Assembly (NCBI RefSeq): GCF_018350175.1
Contig: NC_058368.1
Location: 18,478,001 to 18,542,000 of the forward strand
Source of the DNA: Felis catus
Taxonomy: Eukaryota
Length of the DNA stretch: 64,000 bases
Direction: 5' to 3'
The notes under the pieces were generated by a model, which saw only the letters and a list, made by a program, of their open reading frames with translations, ran no database searches and was not told where the DNA came from. A program made the translations under genes and the position numbers. Shown here in pieces: positions 11,347 through 23,800 of the stretch; the first letter of the stretch is position 1, and each line of letters opens with the position of its first letter.

Positions 11347-13559
11347 GAGAGAGAAAGGTCTTCTAATTTCTTTCTTCAGATCACATGTTCTGGCTGATTT
11401 CTCACTGGCATCACATCAACTGGACAGAGGGTTGAAAGTAGACAGCCTCACTCACCTGTCACCAATGCAGAGCATTTCATATCTGCCCCCGATGTTCTTT
11501 CGGCTCTGTGTTTATTGAGTGTGGATACACATTACATGGAAGAGAGAAAGACAGATGCCTGGAATCAAATGTTTAGCATCTTTCGCTTTGTACAGACTTT
11601 GATCTTAATAAACAAGACCATGCCAACATCGTAACCCATATGAGCAAAGTGCTCATTTCACAGAAAAACACCTTGTTTTTCTGTCTGCCCCAGGATAACA
11701 TTAGCTGACTCTGACCCTAACTAGTAAGCTACTAATGGGAATTAAGCTCATTAGTGGTGTAGTCTGACATCTTAAAACAAAATGGCAGCTAAAATTTTGC
11801 CAATAGGCGTATTTCTCTAAATTACGTACAATGAAATTTGGTATGTTCAAAGAGGTCAAAGAGACATGTAATTGAACTAAATCCATTTCTTCATGTACAA
11901 ACATGTGCCCTATCTGCCACACAGGGTTACTGTGAGGTCTGTGAGACGATAAATGTAAAAAATTAGACACTTTGCAACTCTATACAAATGTATGTATGGC
12001 ATTTCCATTAACAGCACTAATTCTTTTCTAAATGACTTTTCACATTTCACTTCGTCATGCAAGTGGCTGCAAATCGTCTATACTTTGTTAAATGTCTCTT
12101 TTCCCTGTCTCCTTGTTGTTTTTCTCAACCTCTTCTTGAATTTGAGGGCATACATACGTCACCTGAAATAGTAATTTGATAACGAGCACAGAGCAACTGC
12201 TTACAGAATACACCTATGCCCTTCCCTGAGTGCATTTAGTTGGAATTTAAATAAATTTTACACGTTTTCCTCCCTGAAATTTCATGTACCTGGGACTAGA
12301 AAGCATTAAACTTGAAGCCAAAAAGGTGACATGATTTCTTGTGATCCTAATACCCTTTGCCTGTTATAGAACATGATCTGCTTCTGGGAAGATGGGCATA
12401 TGCTTGTTCATGTGGTGAGAGTAGGCAGGTAGAAGCTAGGAAAAAGACAGGAAATAATAGGAAAGATGGGGACAGGGAGTACGGTTCTCGCTGAGACCTC
12501 ACCAGCATCCTCTCCACAGTTATATTCTCTCAACCATTCAATTCAGTAAAATGTATGAAGGATCCATTCAGGATCGAATTCAACAAACTTTGTTCCCTAC
12601 CAGTGCCATGCTGCACCAGCCTCCATTGACTAAAATACGTAAATATTTCATGCTTATCTATCTAAATAACTAAAAAATAACCAAATAACACAAACAATTC
12701 ATAAGAGACACAAAGATGAGGCATACTAGAGGTAGCATATGTCAATGAGAAAGGCAGTAGGGAAGGACTCATTTTGACTTTGAAAATCAAGAAAACCTTC
12801 TCAGAGTAGGTTGCCTGTGAGCAAGGCCCTAAAGGTGTTGAGAATCAGGTAGCCAGAGAGGGGCAGAGATTCCCAGGAGCAGGGACAGTAGGGTGAGGGC
12901 AGGCATGTGTCAAGGAGCAATTCTCTGCACGGAAGAGTGAGTTACATCGCGCTGTGCAGGGGTCTGTTATATACCTCAAACAGGCTTTGCTAGGCATGGC
13001 AAGTAAGTAACTCATTTACTTCTGCATCTCGTCTGGTTAACTGATATATAATTTACATACAGTAAAATTTTCCCTAGTGTACTTATTTTAACATCTAGCA
13101 TAAGACCCAATGACTAGCAGAAAGCCTTGCACAAGGCAGATCTTCAAGCGATATTAGAAGGGGGGGTCAATGGTCTGCCATCAACAAGGTGTTATTTGAC
13201 TTTATCTTCTTTTTCCATAGGACTTTTTTTTGTAAACCACTGAGTTCACATGCTAGATAACACTATTATCCCTCTTCATAGTCATCTGACTTTGAAAGGT
13301 CCCCGATTTCACCAACTTTCCACTTATTCATTTAAAAATTATTGCAGAAATGTTGACTCTCTGTCCAGGGTCTCAGGGCATCTGGTTGGAAAATAGCCAT
13401 AGGGAATCTAAACAAAATGTGTGACAGGACATTTGATATTATTTCTCGCTTTTTGATGAATAGACATTTCCTAATTGAAACTTTGTGAACGGAAGAGATT
13501 GGGTTTATCACAGAATATATCATAATGACCGAGGAGAAAAGACAGCAGTCACTTCATTG

Positions 13560-13735
13560 CTTGAACCCCATTTGCACATTTATTCTCTCCATTTATGCTC
13601 ACATATGCAAAGCAGGTATTATTTGCCTAATTTGATAGATAAGGAAAGGACTTGAGAGCTGAGTTGAGTGGTTGTTCAAGGTCAAATGCACAACAGACAC
13701 AGAACTAAAACTCAAGTTCTAGTTTAAGGCTCTAA
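13560..13735 (-). mobile_element. MIR
   Basis: GTATTATTTGCCTAATTTGATAGATAAGGAAAG...GTTCAAGGTCAAATGC resembles the MIR core. Confidence 0.6.
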
Positions 13736-13814
13736 AGAGACCAACCTCACAAGACGCTTTTTCATTAAGGTAAAAGGGCTGAAATCACCTTTCAGACCAC
13801 CTTTGATAAGTGCA

Positions 13815-14400
13815 CCTCTCAAGGCTCGGTTTTAGGGAACAGAAAGTACTCTCGTTATTTTAAAGAGAAGGGGATTTAACACAGGGAATACAAGGGATTT
13901 AAGACTTACAAAATTGTTGGAAGGGCTGGAGGGATAGGCTGGGAGTCGGATCTCCGAGAATGGCTCCCAGTACTACGCGGCCAACCTGGCCCACGAGGGG
14001 AGCCCCCTCCACCCCAAATAGAAGGCAGAGACTTGGCAGGCTGCCACAGGAACAGCTGAGCTCCAGAACAGAGCTGTGGGATCTGGAAAGTATCAGCATG
14101 CTGCTACGATTGCCTTTCTACTGACAGGAGGCTGGTGACCATACAATAGAATTTTGCTACAGAAAAACACAGCACCTTTAAGTTCTTGCCGGCCAGAAAC
14201 AGTAGCCAAAGTTGCAGAAATCTCACTTTTTATCACATTTCCCCTTTTCAAATCTGGCAGGGGTGCATCTTATTGGGAAACTCTCTCTGCTTTGTATCCA
14301 TAAGCCTAACTGCAAGGGATTCTGGGAGATACACAGTTGGAATAGACGCCAGGTACCAAACTACTATACCCCTAACAGGTGGATTCTGACACAATGACAG
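13815..14400 (-). mobile_element. Ancient eutherian LTR (ERVL/LTR78-LTR52-like, family uncertain)
   Basis: GGGAACAGAAAGTACTCTCGTTATTTTAAAGAGAAGGGGATTTAACACAGGGAAT...CCTAACTGCAAGGGATTCTGGGAGATA are typical old-LTR motifs. Confidence 0.55.
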
Positions 14401-14953
14401 ACTTTCCCAAGTCAAATTAGAACCAGGATTTTTGGGTTGTGCTGTAGAGACAGACGTCACAGGCCATCCATGTCCAGGTACAATGTGTGGTTGCACAGGC
14501 TTGGACCCCTCAGGCTGTGCATTAGTCATAGAGACTGGAAGGCAGTTGGCCACCCCGGAGTAGTTCGAGCCAGCCTTCTCCAGGGGAGTCCCCACGAGGG
14601 CAGGGTTTGCTTGCTGCTTACACTGACACAGAGAGAAAGGCAAGTGTACAACTAGATTAGGAAGTTACTTAGAAATCGAGGGTCACCCAGGCCACGGCTG
14701 ATGGCGGAAGGTCAGATAAAAATCAAGATTGACTTGAGGGCTGGATAGCCATAGTACTGGCCCAGCAAGGTAGATCAGATCTTCTCATCAAACTTTCTTA
14801 ACTGGACTTCAGCATCAACGTACCAGAGAATGGAACTATAAGTTATCATCGAAGACGGCCAAAATCAGTGATGGTATACTAAAAAGTCTTTGAAGTGATT
14901 TTTCATCATGTGAAACTAAAAATAAAAATATATTCTTTTTCTCTATCCATGCA

Positions 14954-14979
14954 TCTCTCTCTCCCTCTCTCTCTCTCTC

Positions 14980-15052
<73 letters not shown>
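14954..15052. repeat. Compound (CT)n(CA)16 microsatellite
   Basis: Direct reading. Confidence 0.98.
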
Positions 15053-15058
<6 letters not shown>

Positions 15059-15109
15059 CAGGCTCCTTTTTATTTTAGTCTATTCGTTACTCTTCACTTA
15101 TTTGCCTTT

Positions 15110-15450
15110 CTCACTTTTCTGTCCAGCTAAACCCAGAATATTGTATTGGGTTCTCATTTTCCCACTTCAATAAAGATGTTAAGAAAGTGGAATATACACA
15201 GAAGACAGCAATTAAAACGGCGACAGGTCTAGATCCAATGGCACGAGACTTTTAGCCTCGGACGAGAAGTTTTCATGTCCAGGACTCCATCATTACGGAA
15301 GAGGAGGAAAATTTGCTCTGTGTGGCTGCAGAGGGAGAAACCTGGACTAATCACTGAAGGTCACAGAAGGGGAGTTTGGGATTCAATGTAATCATGAGAT
15401 CTGGCAACAAATGAACCAAGCTACCTGCCTGAGTGTCTCCTAGGGTATGA
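15110..15450 (+). mobile_element. L3/CR1 LINE 3' region
   Basis: CCAGAATATTGTATTGGGTTCTCATTTTCCCACTTCAATAAAGATGTTAAGAAAGTGGAA and TTGCTCTGTGTGGCTGCAGAGGGAGAAACCTGGACTAAT match the L3 ORF2 end. Confidence 0.75.
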
Positions 15451-16372
15451 CATCCCACTTCTAGTCACATTTACTATTTGTTCACCTGTATCTGTTGGAC
15501 ATACTGATTAGATTATTGCCATTTTCTCCAAATGGTCTTGAAGCAAGTCCTGGCCACAGATCGTAGGCTTTCATTTCTGTATCCCCAACTCATCCCACAG
15601 TGCACGGCACGCAATAGGCACTCGGTACAATCTTGCCGAACAAATGAAGACATGGTCGAGGCCAATGGACACGGATGGCATCAGCAGAGAAGGACTGGCT
15701 GTCCTGCCCCCCCCCCGCCCCCCATCCGCAAATAGCTGACTCAGAGCATAGGAGCTGGTGATGCTGAGGAGAACTGGTACCTAAGCCTTGGTTCTACATA
15801 AATGAAGTTCAACAGATAGACAGGAACAAAAGAGATGCTCGTGGGGAAGCTCAAAGCCTGATATGAGCACAGGTTCCAGGTGGAAGCTGGTGGAGGGTGA
15901 GAGCCATTAGACAAGTCTGGGCACAGATGCTCTGTTGCTTTCTCAGCACCCAGCAACAGCTGCACAAAAGCCTATTTATTTTGGACACAGGAGTAGTAGC
16001 AGAATAGCTCCTACAGAGAGAGGGCCTTTTGTTTCCAGATCTTCAAACATTCCCTGCACATGATCTCACTCAGCCTACCTCTTCCCTGGGAAGAAGCAGG
16101 AGGTGGGCGCTACCCAAGGCGCACCAACCAGCCTGTCTGGACAGGAGGTGCCAAATGGCTCTTCTCTGGCCATCAGCCACCTCGACAGCCAAGAAAGCGC
16201 GGTCTCTCAACCCCAGTGCCATCATGGGATGACTTGAAACCGTACCAGTCCCTGGTCCTTGATACTCGTGACTCATTAGTTAATATTGAAATATGTATTG
16301 CTCATCACAAACTAGGGACCCGTGACTCAGTGCTGGTTGGAATCAGCAAGGCCGAAGAAGTGTGTGTCACAA

Positions 16373-16374
<2 letters not shown>

Positions 16375-16422
<48 letters not shown>
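16375..16422. repeat. (GT)24 microsatellite
   Basis: Direct reading. Confidence 0.98.
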
Positions 16423-16425
<3 letters not shown>

Positions 16426-16499
16426 ATCCAGCATAAGGTGTTGACATGAGCCCTGCCCCCTATACCCACCACACCCCCGGCCCCTTCTCACTAGCTCCT

Positions 16500-16735
16500 T
16501 GAAGGCCCAGGACTGTCATTCAAGTTTGACTGCTACTAAAGGGCATCAGCTGCTCGTCAGCACTCGCCTGTCACCTTATTTATAACACCCCTGGAATGAA
16601 GCTGCCTGTCCCTGCCCTGGCTTCCGCCCCCCTGCCGCTCCAGCTCACAGTGTGTGACTCTCTATTTAGTGCCTCCCAGGCTTAGCTTGTAAGGTCAATG
16701 GGCACAGCTGTCCCACACCCCATTCCTGCCTGCCT
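16500..16735. promoter_or_regulatory. Candidate muscle-type enhancer (E-box, MEF2, MCAT, CACCC cluster)
   Basis: CAGCTG at 16547 and 16705, TTATTTATAA at 16576-16585, GGAATG at 16593, CATTCCT at 16721, CCGCCCC at 16624, CCACACCC at 16713. Motif content only. Confidence 0.35.
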
Positions 16736-17749
16736 AATACCCCAGGGTCCAGCTTGCAACCTTCCGTTCTTCTAGTAGCAAATCTAGCGGCCCCAGGCTG
16801 CAGATTCATGAGCGCAGATGAGAAAGGTTTCTCTGTTGATTCACAGGAAGAGTGTTCATACCTTTGGCTTCCTGTTTTTGATGAACCAAGTAAAAAAAAG
16901 TGTTTTTTTTTTAAATATAATGGACCCCAAGTAGTAACTTATAAAGAAGCATATAGAAATTGCATGTTGATAAAGGACCTATCGCTGATGTCTCTAAAGA
17001 TGGCAACCCATCTTCACGTTGAGGTGCCAGGAACCACCCGTGACACGTGGCTAATGCTGGAGCTGCCATGCTTCTTGGAACACAAGACATGACCGTTTTT
17101 AGGAGAGGAAGTGAAGACGGGTGTCTTCAACCGAAACCCCAACAGATAAAATGTGTGCAGAGTGAGTCAGTGGGACGGCAAATGGACCGTGAGGGACTGA
17201 AGGGCTCTCACTCCTGTTCCAGCACATGGGTGCTTTCTCCCAGCACCCGCCTACCAACCTGACTGAGTTGACCCAAAGGCTGGGGACTGGTAGGCAGCTA
17301 GTTCACATCCCAAGTGGTCAGAGGATGGAAATGCAAACTGCAATCCCCAGTCGCCTCAGGCTGAAAGAACTCCCATCTACACAGCATCAGTTGCTTCTGT
17401 GGGGCAAGGAAACAGAGACCAGAGCAGTCTGCATCCCATATTGTGAGCCCACTGGTGTAAAACTGACAGGGAGCCACAGCATAAGGTGACAAGACCCTGC
17501 CCAGCTACCAGCCAGGTTAAGGGAACCAACATCCCAGCACACCTGTGTCCGTTCAGGCTCTGGCTAGGAGATGTGATGTGGCATCTAGACAAGCGTGCCT
17601 TGCCTGTGCGTTACGTGCGCTTGTAGTGTTTCTCCCCACAGAGCTCTGGCCACCCTCAGAAGTGTCGTGAATACTCAATTTAGTGAGCCCACACACAGTA
17701 GGTTTTCAGCAAATAACAGGCTTCTTCTCTCCGGACTTTATAAGACAGC

Positions 17750-17940
17750 TCTTTGGAACATGGACTTTGGCCACTACCATCTGGCTCTGGTATTTATTAA
17801 CTGGGCAGCCTTGTGCAAACTATTTGAACAGCCTAGACCTCTTTCCTTAACTGTCTCGTATGGTTGGTGGGATGAATTTACTTAATTTACGTAAGACAAA
17901 GCCCAGCCCATAGTACGTGCTCAATAAATGGCAACGATAA
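17750..17940 (+). mobile_element. MIR
   Basis: CTGGGCAGCCTTGTGCAAACTATTTGAAC...CATAGTACGTGCTCAATAAATGGC. Confidence 0.65.
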
Positions 17941-18039
17941 TTTTCATTCCATGACTCTTACAACTGGATGCGTAGTACAATATTGTAACATCAATCTTAA
18001 TATATTGCAATAGGTCTGTGTATGTCCACTCGCCCAAAC

Positions 18040-18265
18040 ACACTGGCCTAGGAATTCCATGAGGCGGGAGCTATTTTTTTTTTTTTTTTTTTTTTGGAGA
18101 AATCTCTACACCCAACGTGGGGCTCAAACTCACAACCTTGAGATCGAGGGTCACATGTTCTTCCAACTGAGCCAGCCAGGCACTCCAAGAGCTACCTCTC
18201 ATTCATTTCTGCATTCCTAGCACGTAGCACAGGGACTGGCACCTAGTAGGCGCTGAAGAAACGAA
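18040..18265 (+). mobile_element. L2 3' terminus split by a short SINE
   Basis: TTCCATGAGGCGGGAGCTA [SINE] ...TTCCTAGCACGTAGCACAGGGACTGGCACCTAGTAGGCGCTGAAGAAA. Confidence 0.7.
18074..18186 (-). mobile_element. Short tRNA-Lys-derived carnivore SINE (SINEC_old/c-type, no CT tract)
   Basis: Reverse complement GGAGTGCCTGGCTGGCTCAGTTGGAAGAACATGTGACCCTCGATCTCAAGGTTGTGAGTTTGAGCCCCACGTTGGGTGTAGAGATT plus poly-A. TSD GAGCTA. Confidence 0.9.
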
Positions 18266-20007
18266 AAGCACTTAGCATGTTTGGCTCCCAGAGCACTGTG
18301 CACACGGCCGGTGCGTGGCCGTGACAAGCGGCATGCTTTTCGCCGCTGTCTGTCATCAGCTCTTTTTGTTCCCGGCCACAGGCTGTTTTCTCTTAGTCTC
18401 AGGCTCGTGAACCTGCAGAGAGCCACCTTCCACTGCAAAGCTTAGGCCCAGTATTTCCTGAAGCTTGGGACCCTGCCGTAGACGTTCCAAATCAGAGCTC
18501 TGGGGCAGAGCGGGGAGCACCCTGGAACGTGCAGTTTCACGTGGGCCCTGGGGAACATTGGAGAAACATCCACCGCATCGGCTTCCGTGCAGCAAGTGGA
18601 GCTCAGCAGGCCACAGGCAGCCTCTGAAACAGGCAAAGTTTCCTTGCCAACTGCTACAAAGAGAGAGCTGTCATTCTCGCCCTGCAACACAAAGGGTGAC
18701 ACCACCTGATCTCAGTACGCGATACCTGTGCGGAGAGAGAACCGTGTGGCGAGCGATGTCTTCCAACACAAGAGAACACAGCACTTCCTTTCTCAAATCC
18801 TGTCGGTTGTATCCAACCCATTATCCTCCAGGATCCAGCCCAAAGGCCTGGACTCCTTTCCAGTCATTCAGGGAGGAGGAGGGACTTAGCATTTCCTGGG
18901 CCCCTACTACGTGACGGTCTCTGTACCGGGAAGCACACCCGGGAAGGATGATTTAACATCCGTCGAATGTCGTCAGATTTCAGAGTCATAGTCGCTCAGG
19001 GTAGGATTCTCTTTTCTTTTCCTTTCTTTTTTTTTCCTGAAGAACACAGGAGGTTAAAATGCAAACCTACCGGTTACTAGCTGCATTACGGGCTGTGTTT
19101 CCATTAAAGCAGGGGGATTTCTATCTGTCAACTAGGGCTGCATTCATGTAAAATGCATCATCAGGGCGACTAAAGCCTCATGTTCCACACAGATGAATCA
19201 CCACAGCAACAGTGAGCCGACGCGCTCAGAGACGGACGAGGAGAATTGCCGAGGCGCTCATTAAGGTCTTAGTTGCTTTTTACCTGAAACGTCCTGGCCG
19301 ACAGCATCGCGTCGGAGAGAGCCACTGGCCCTGCAGAACGGACACATGCTTTTGTGTGGGGCGGCCCCTGGGGAAAGACGACAGAAAGTGCCCACTCGGC
19401 CTGGATGGACATCCAGCAAAGCACCCGGACGACAGGCGCCTCAGATCTAGGAGAGTCCACGTGGACTGTGGCCCAAACACCTACATAAAACCTGTCATCT
19501 GAACTTTCACTCAGGGCATAAATAGCCCTTCGCTCTGGGCTCCAGATGGATCGAGCAGGCACAGAGGCCAGGGCTTGAGGCAACACTGCCCAGAGCTGCC
19601 TGTCTACAGGTGCTCATGGTCCCAGGCACTGTCCGCCCTCCAGAGGAGGCTTGTCACAGCCAGGAGGCCTGAGCTTCAGCTCCCAGCTCCGCCCTCCCAG
19701 TGCAAGCCTCGCAGAAGGTTCCATGAAACAAGTGACTATTCAGAAGGATCCAGCTGAATCCAAAGCACCGGCTTGAGACCAGGATGGGAAGGCCATGCCA
19801 ACTCCCTGAGCTCCCCTTGTCACCCCTCCAGGCCCCACCCCTGCAGGCGCACACTGTGCCCCAGTCACACCGGACTTCTGACAGCTCTAGGACATGCAGA
19901 GGGGCTCCCGCCAACACGGCGTGTGTGTGCTCTCCACCCCCCACCCCCCCAGAACTCTCTTCCCTGTGAGTCTTCACATACTCCTCTGATCTCGACACAC
20001 AGACCAC

Positions 20008-20150
20008 TTTCCACACATATATTTGACCGGGGATTAACATCCAAAGTGTATAAAGAACTCCCACCACTCAAGAATAGAGAGCAATCTAACCAAAGGAAAT
20101 GGGCAGAGGACTTGGGAAGACACTTCTCTAGGAGAAGATCTACAGAAGGA
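20008..20150 (+). mobile_element. L1 ORF2 C-terminal fragment
   Basis: HIFDRGLTSKVYKELPPLKNREQSNQRKWAEDLGRHFS resembles L1 ORF2p HISDKGLISKIYKEL...NNPIKKWAKDLNRHFS. Confidence 0.85.
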
Positions 20151-20679
20151 GTCGTCCTGGACCCGTTCTCCCAGAATGTGCTCTGACAAAAACTGGGTCA
20201 AGAAAGGCCTTGGAGGTGTAAGGCAAGGAACCCAAGCTTCGTCCATAAACCGCCGAATGATTTTAAGTCAGAATTGATATGCTCAGCTTCTAATTAATGC
20301 CACTCTTTTAGTTTCCACTCTAAACGTGGAAATGGCCCCATGGTCGAAGATGTTTGGAAAGCCCAAACAAATCTATCAGGAGTCTCTCCTGCTGGGTTCC
20401 TCACAATCGTTCAGTGCAGGGGGAGTCCCAGAGAGTGGAGAGAAGTGCAGTCGCTCAAGGAACTCACCGTTCAGGGACTTGTTACTGCAAAGGGTCACTT
20501 CCTGGAGAACACGGTAAAGAATGGCTCCTTGACTGTCCTCCTGTACCCTCCCAAGTTCACTCTCAAATGCCCCTCCTACCCTACCCATGCTCTTGCTGTT
20601 CTCTGCACCAGCTTCCTGTCTTCCCGCCCGTCCCACTCCTGCCCCGGGAGGACCCTCTGACGCAGATCTGGTCCCCTGG

Positions 20680-21455
20680 CTAGACCCCCTCCAACATTTC
20701 TCCACCCAGAGGTTTCTCCTTCAAGTTCAAATCCCTTAGTGTAAGTCACACGGCCGGCCCTTCCTTACCAGACTTCATCCTTTCTCTAGTCTCATCTTCC
20801 CAACATGTCCCTGCTCTCCATATCTGAAAAGTTATCTGTGCTTTCTCTGAGCTTTGGCACAAGGTGTTCCGTCTTCCTAAGATGCCCTCAGCCCCCTCAC
20901 CTGGAATCCATCTGCTGACTCCACTCATGGCCCAGAGCGGCTCTGACTCCCGGCACAGCATCAACTTCCTCTGGAGTCATACTAGGGAGGGGCTCCCCAC
21001 TTGCCCTCCAACTCACACACTCCCACCACCAGCACTTGCCCCCCTCTGAGTCACTGCTGGTGTGTTTGTCCATCTCCCTGCCCAGAAGGAAAGCACCCTG
21101 AGGTCGGGGCTGTGCCATTTGCCTCCTGCTCCTACGCATCTCAGCAACCCATACACCTGGCGTCTGCACACCCTAAACCCTGCTCAGCTCCAGCTCCAAA
21201 TCACCTCCTCAGGGAGACTCCCTGGACCCCACCCCAAAGGGTCATGCTTTTTTGTCATAGGCTTTTCCACCTCCCCTTACTCTTCCTCATCCATTTGTCA
21301 CCTCTCATCACAGGTTAATTATCTTGCCGGGTGATTATTTGATGGTGAATCTCTCCACAGAGTAGAGATCACATCTGCTGTGTCCCCAGTGTTAGAACAG
21401 CATCTGGCACAGAGCTAAGGTTCCATAAATATTTGGTGAATGGACAGATGGATGA
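20680..21455 (+). mobile_element. L2 3' fragments
   Basis: CTCCAAATCACCTCCTCAGGGAGACTCCCTGGACC...CTGTGTCCCCAGTGTTAGAACAGCATCTGGCACAGAG...ATAAATATTTGGTGAATGGA. Confidence 0.7.
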
Positions 21456-22129
21456 GAAAGGATATGTGAATAGACAGGGCTACCCGGCTGGGACAGAAGA
21501 GGTTGGGGGACCTTTGTTCAGTCATCCAATAGGGCACGTGTGGTGGTTGTGGACCAGCTGATGAAGAGTGACAAAATCCAGGAGCAGGAATCCTACCTAC
21601 GGAAATCATGCCATTCACTCCCATCTGGAGAGGAGAGGAGGCGAGAAGAGAGGATGTGGTGACATAAAGTGCTGCTGTTTGCCCATCCTCTCTCTGCCCG
21701 TGTCCATGGCTGAGCGCAAGCAGACCAAGGACAGGAATGCGGCATCTGAGTTTGCCCGTGGAGAAGCCAGGCTGACTCGGAGATCAAGGCCATTGAAAGT
21801 GTATACTCTTGCCCCGGGTTCCCCAGTGGTAGATAATCACCACCCTTATTAATTCATAACGGTAGTTCTCTTTTAAATAATATAAGGCTAAAAGCAATGT
21901 TTCATAAATGTGTAAAAATGGAATCCAGAAAGTATTTACCAGGTTCTACTTCCCCAGAACACCCCGTCCATGCAAATCGATTTGAAGCTGACGTTTTTAC
22001 AAACACAGTCCCCAGTCGCAAACCAGTCCAAGGCAAAGAGTAAGGAGCACCCCCCCCTTCTCCCCATGGCACTCCAAACTCCTGCCCTCCGGCTCCTTTT
22101 ATCTGAGAATCTTTATCTTAAACCACTTT

Positions 22130-22545
22130 TTATGCAGTCATTAATTTTCACAGCACTCCTGCTAAGAAGATTCTATTACTTCCATTAAACCATAGAGTAA
22201 ACTGAGAAGCCAAATTAAGTGATTTGCCTGCTCAGGAAATTAGTGGCCTGACTTGGTTCAAACATAGCAGTTCTGATTCCCAAGGCCTTGCACCCAACTG
22301 CCCCCCTGATACTTCTGCCTCTGTGTAGCGGGTAAGAGCCCCCGTTTCCGAGTCCATTAATGCCGGGCGCAAATCCTAGCTCTGCAATTTCCTTGACAAG
22401 TTGTTCAACCTCATTCAGTGCCTGTAAATTGAGGATAATAAGGACACTTGCTTCATAAAGTTGCTGTAAGGATTAAATGTGATAATGTACACAGAGTGCT
22501 TAACACAGGATCTGGAACAAATGAAGACTCCTGTTCTTGTTATTA
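22130..22545. mobile_element. Two MIRs in opposite orientation (about 22130-22290 minus, 22330-22545 plus)
   Basis: GAGTAAACTGAGAAGCCAAATTAAGTGATTTGCC and GCAAATCCTAGCTCTGC...CTGTAAATTGAGGATAATAA...GTTGCTGTAAGGATTAAATGTGATAAT. Confidence 0.7.
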
Positions 22546-22734
22546 CACACACCTGGAAGGGTATATCCCTCACCCAGCCTCCTCCCGTAATCTTTTCCTC
22601 ATCACATCAGAAAATGAGTAGGCCACACCTGCAGCCGTGCCGAACAACACATACATTTGCAGATAAAGTCTGCCATGGGGCTACTAGAATATCTGAGCAC
22701 ATTCCTGGAGAAGTGCTACATCGATAATTATCCA

Positions 22735-22888
22735 ATTGTTCATCCGTGCCTGGATCCGTCCATCTATCCACCCATCTATCCATTCACGCACCTGTCATCT
22801 GTCCCTCCATCTGCCCTTCCGTCCACCCATCCGTCTACCCATCCACCCTTCCATCCACTCATCCACCCCGCCATCCATTTATTCATGT
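22735..22888. repeat. Degenerate (CCAT)n tract grown from an L2 tail
   Basis: CATCCGT/CCATCT/CCACCC units running into CATTTATTCAT. Confidence 0.8.
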
Positions 22889-23461
22889 TTAGTCCACAGA
22901 AAAAGCGCCTACCATGAGTAAGCCATGTGCTAAGTGCTGTGGAATATACTAAGATGATTAAGACATAGTCTCTGCCCTCAGACTCACAAATCCAGACAAC
23001 TACAAGAAACTGTAAAGCAAGATGGAATGCAAATGGTGTCATAAGAGAAGTTATTTAAGGTTTATGAAGGACACTGACTGCATAGAAACAGTAGTGAATT
23101 AAGAGCCAGGAGATCTTTTTGAATCCTGGCTTTAAAGTTGAGCTCACATCAGCCTAGTCACCTTCCTAGGGTTCAGTTTCCACTTAGCAGTAGCAGTAGA
23201 ATATTCCAAGGGCCCTTGCAGCTCTAACATTTCAATCCCTCTGCCTCTGGGCAAGGCAAGATAGCATTCAAAATGAGCACTGAGTAACAGATAGGCATTC
23301 CGGAAGTGGGGAATGACACAGGCAAGTTCATGAAGCTAAAAAACATGGAATCTTCATGGAACTGCATGGGGTACTTCCAAGTCAGCAATGGCAGAAGGAG
23401 ATAATGTCTTGAGAGTTCGATGTGGAATACATTGTGAAGGGACATATTTCCAGGCTGAGGA

Positions 23462-23515
<54 letters not shown>

Positions 23516-23800
23516 ACTCACCTAGATGATGAGATGAGATATGATCAGGTCATATTTTTTAAAAGTAGGCTTGGGAGTAGCAAGGGGGGATGTGACACTG
23601 CAAACAGGGAGACCAGGAGACTGGATAAAAGGTTTTTGTAACACTTTACACAAATAATAACCAGGGCTTGAATTAAAGTAGCAGTAGGAATGTAAGAGAC
23701 AAATGTGAGAGTATTTACGGGCACAGTCTAGAAGAGCTGGTAACTCATTAAAATGGAGGCAAAATGGTTAGAGATGACTCTGAAACTCTGTGTTAATGAC
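22889..23800 (-). mobile_element. L2 (minus), interrupted by a MIR (about 23090-23235) and (AC)n
   Basis: GCGCCTACCATGAGTAAGCCATGTGCTAAGTGCTGTGG...GACATAGTCTCTGCCCTCAG...GATGACTCTGAAACT. Confidence 0.7.
23464..23509. repeat. (AC)23 microsatellite
   Basis: Direct reading. Confidence 0.98.

Noticed and set aside
18074..18186. Functional tRNA-Lys gene
   Set aside because: The anticodon arm and stems are degenerate, and it has a SINE-type 5' GGAGTGCC, a 3' linker, a poly-A tail and a TSD, so it is a retroposed SINE.
22735..22888. CRISPR-like or coding Pro/His repeat
   Set aside because: It is a degenerate tetranucleotide (CCAT)n continuous with an L2 tail, with no repeat-spacer periodicity.
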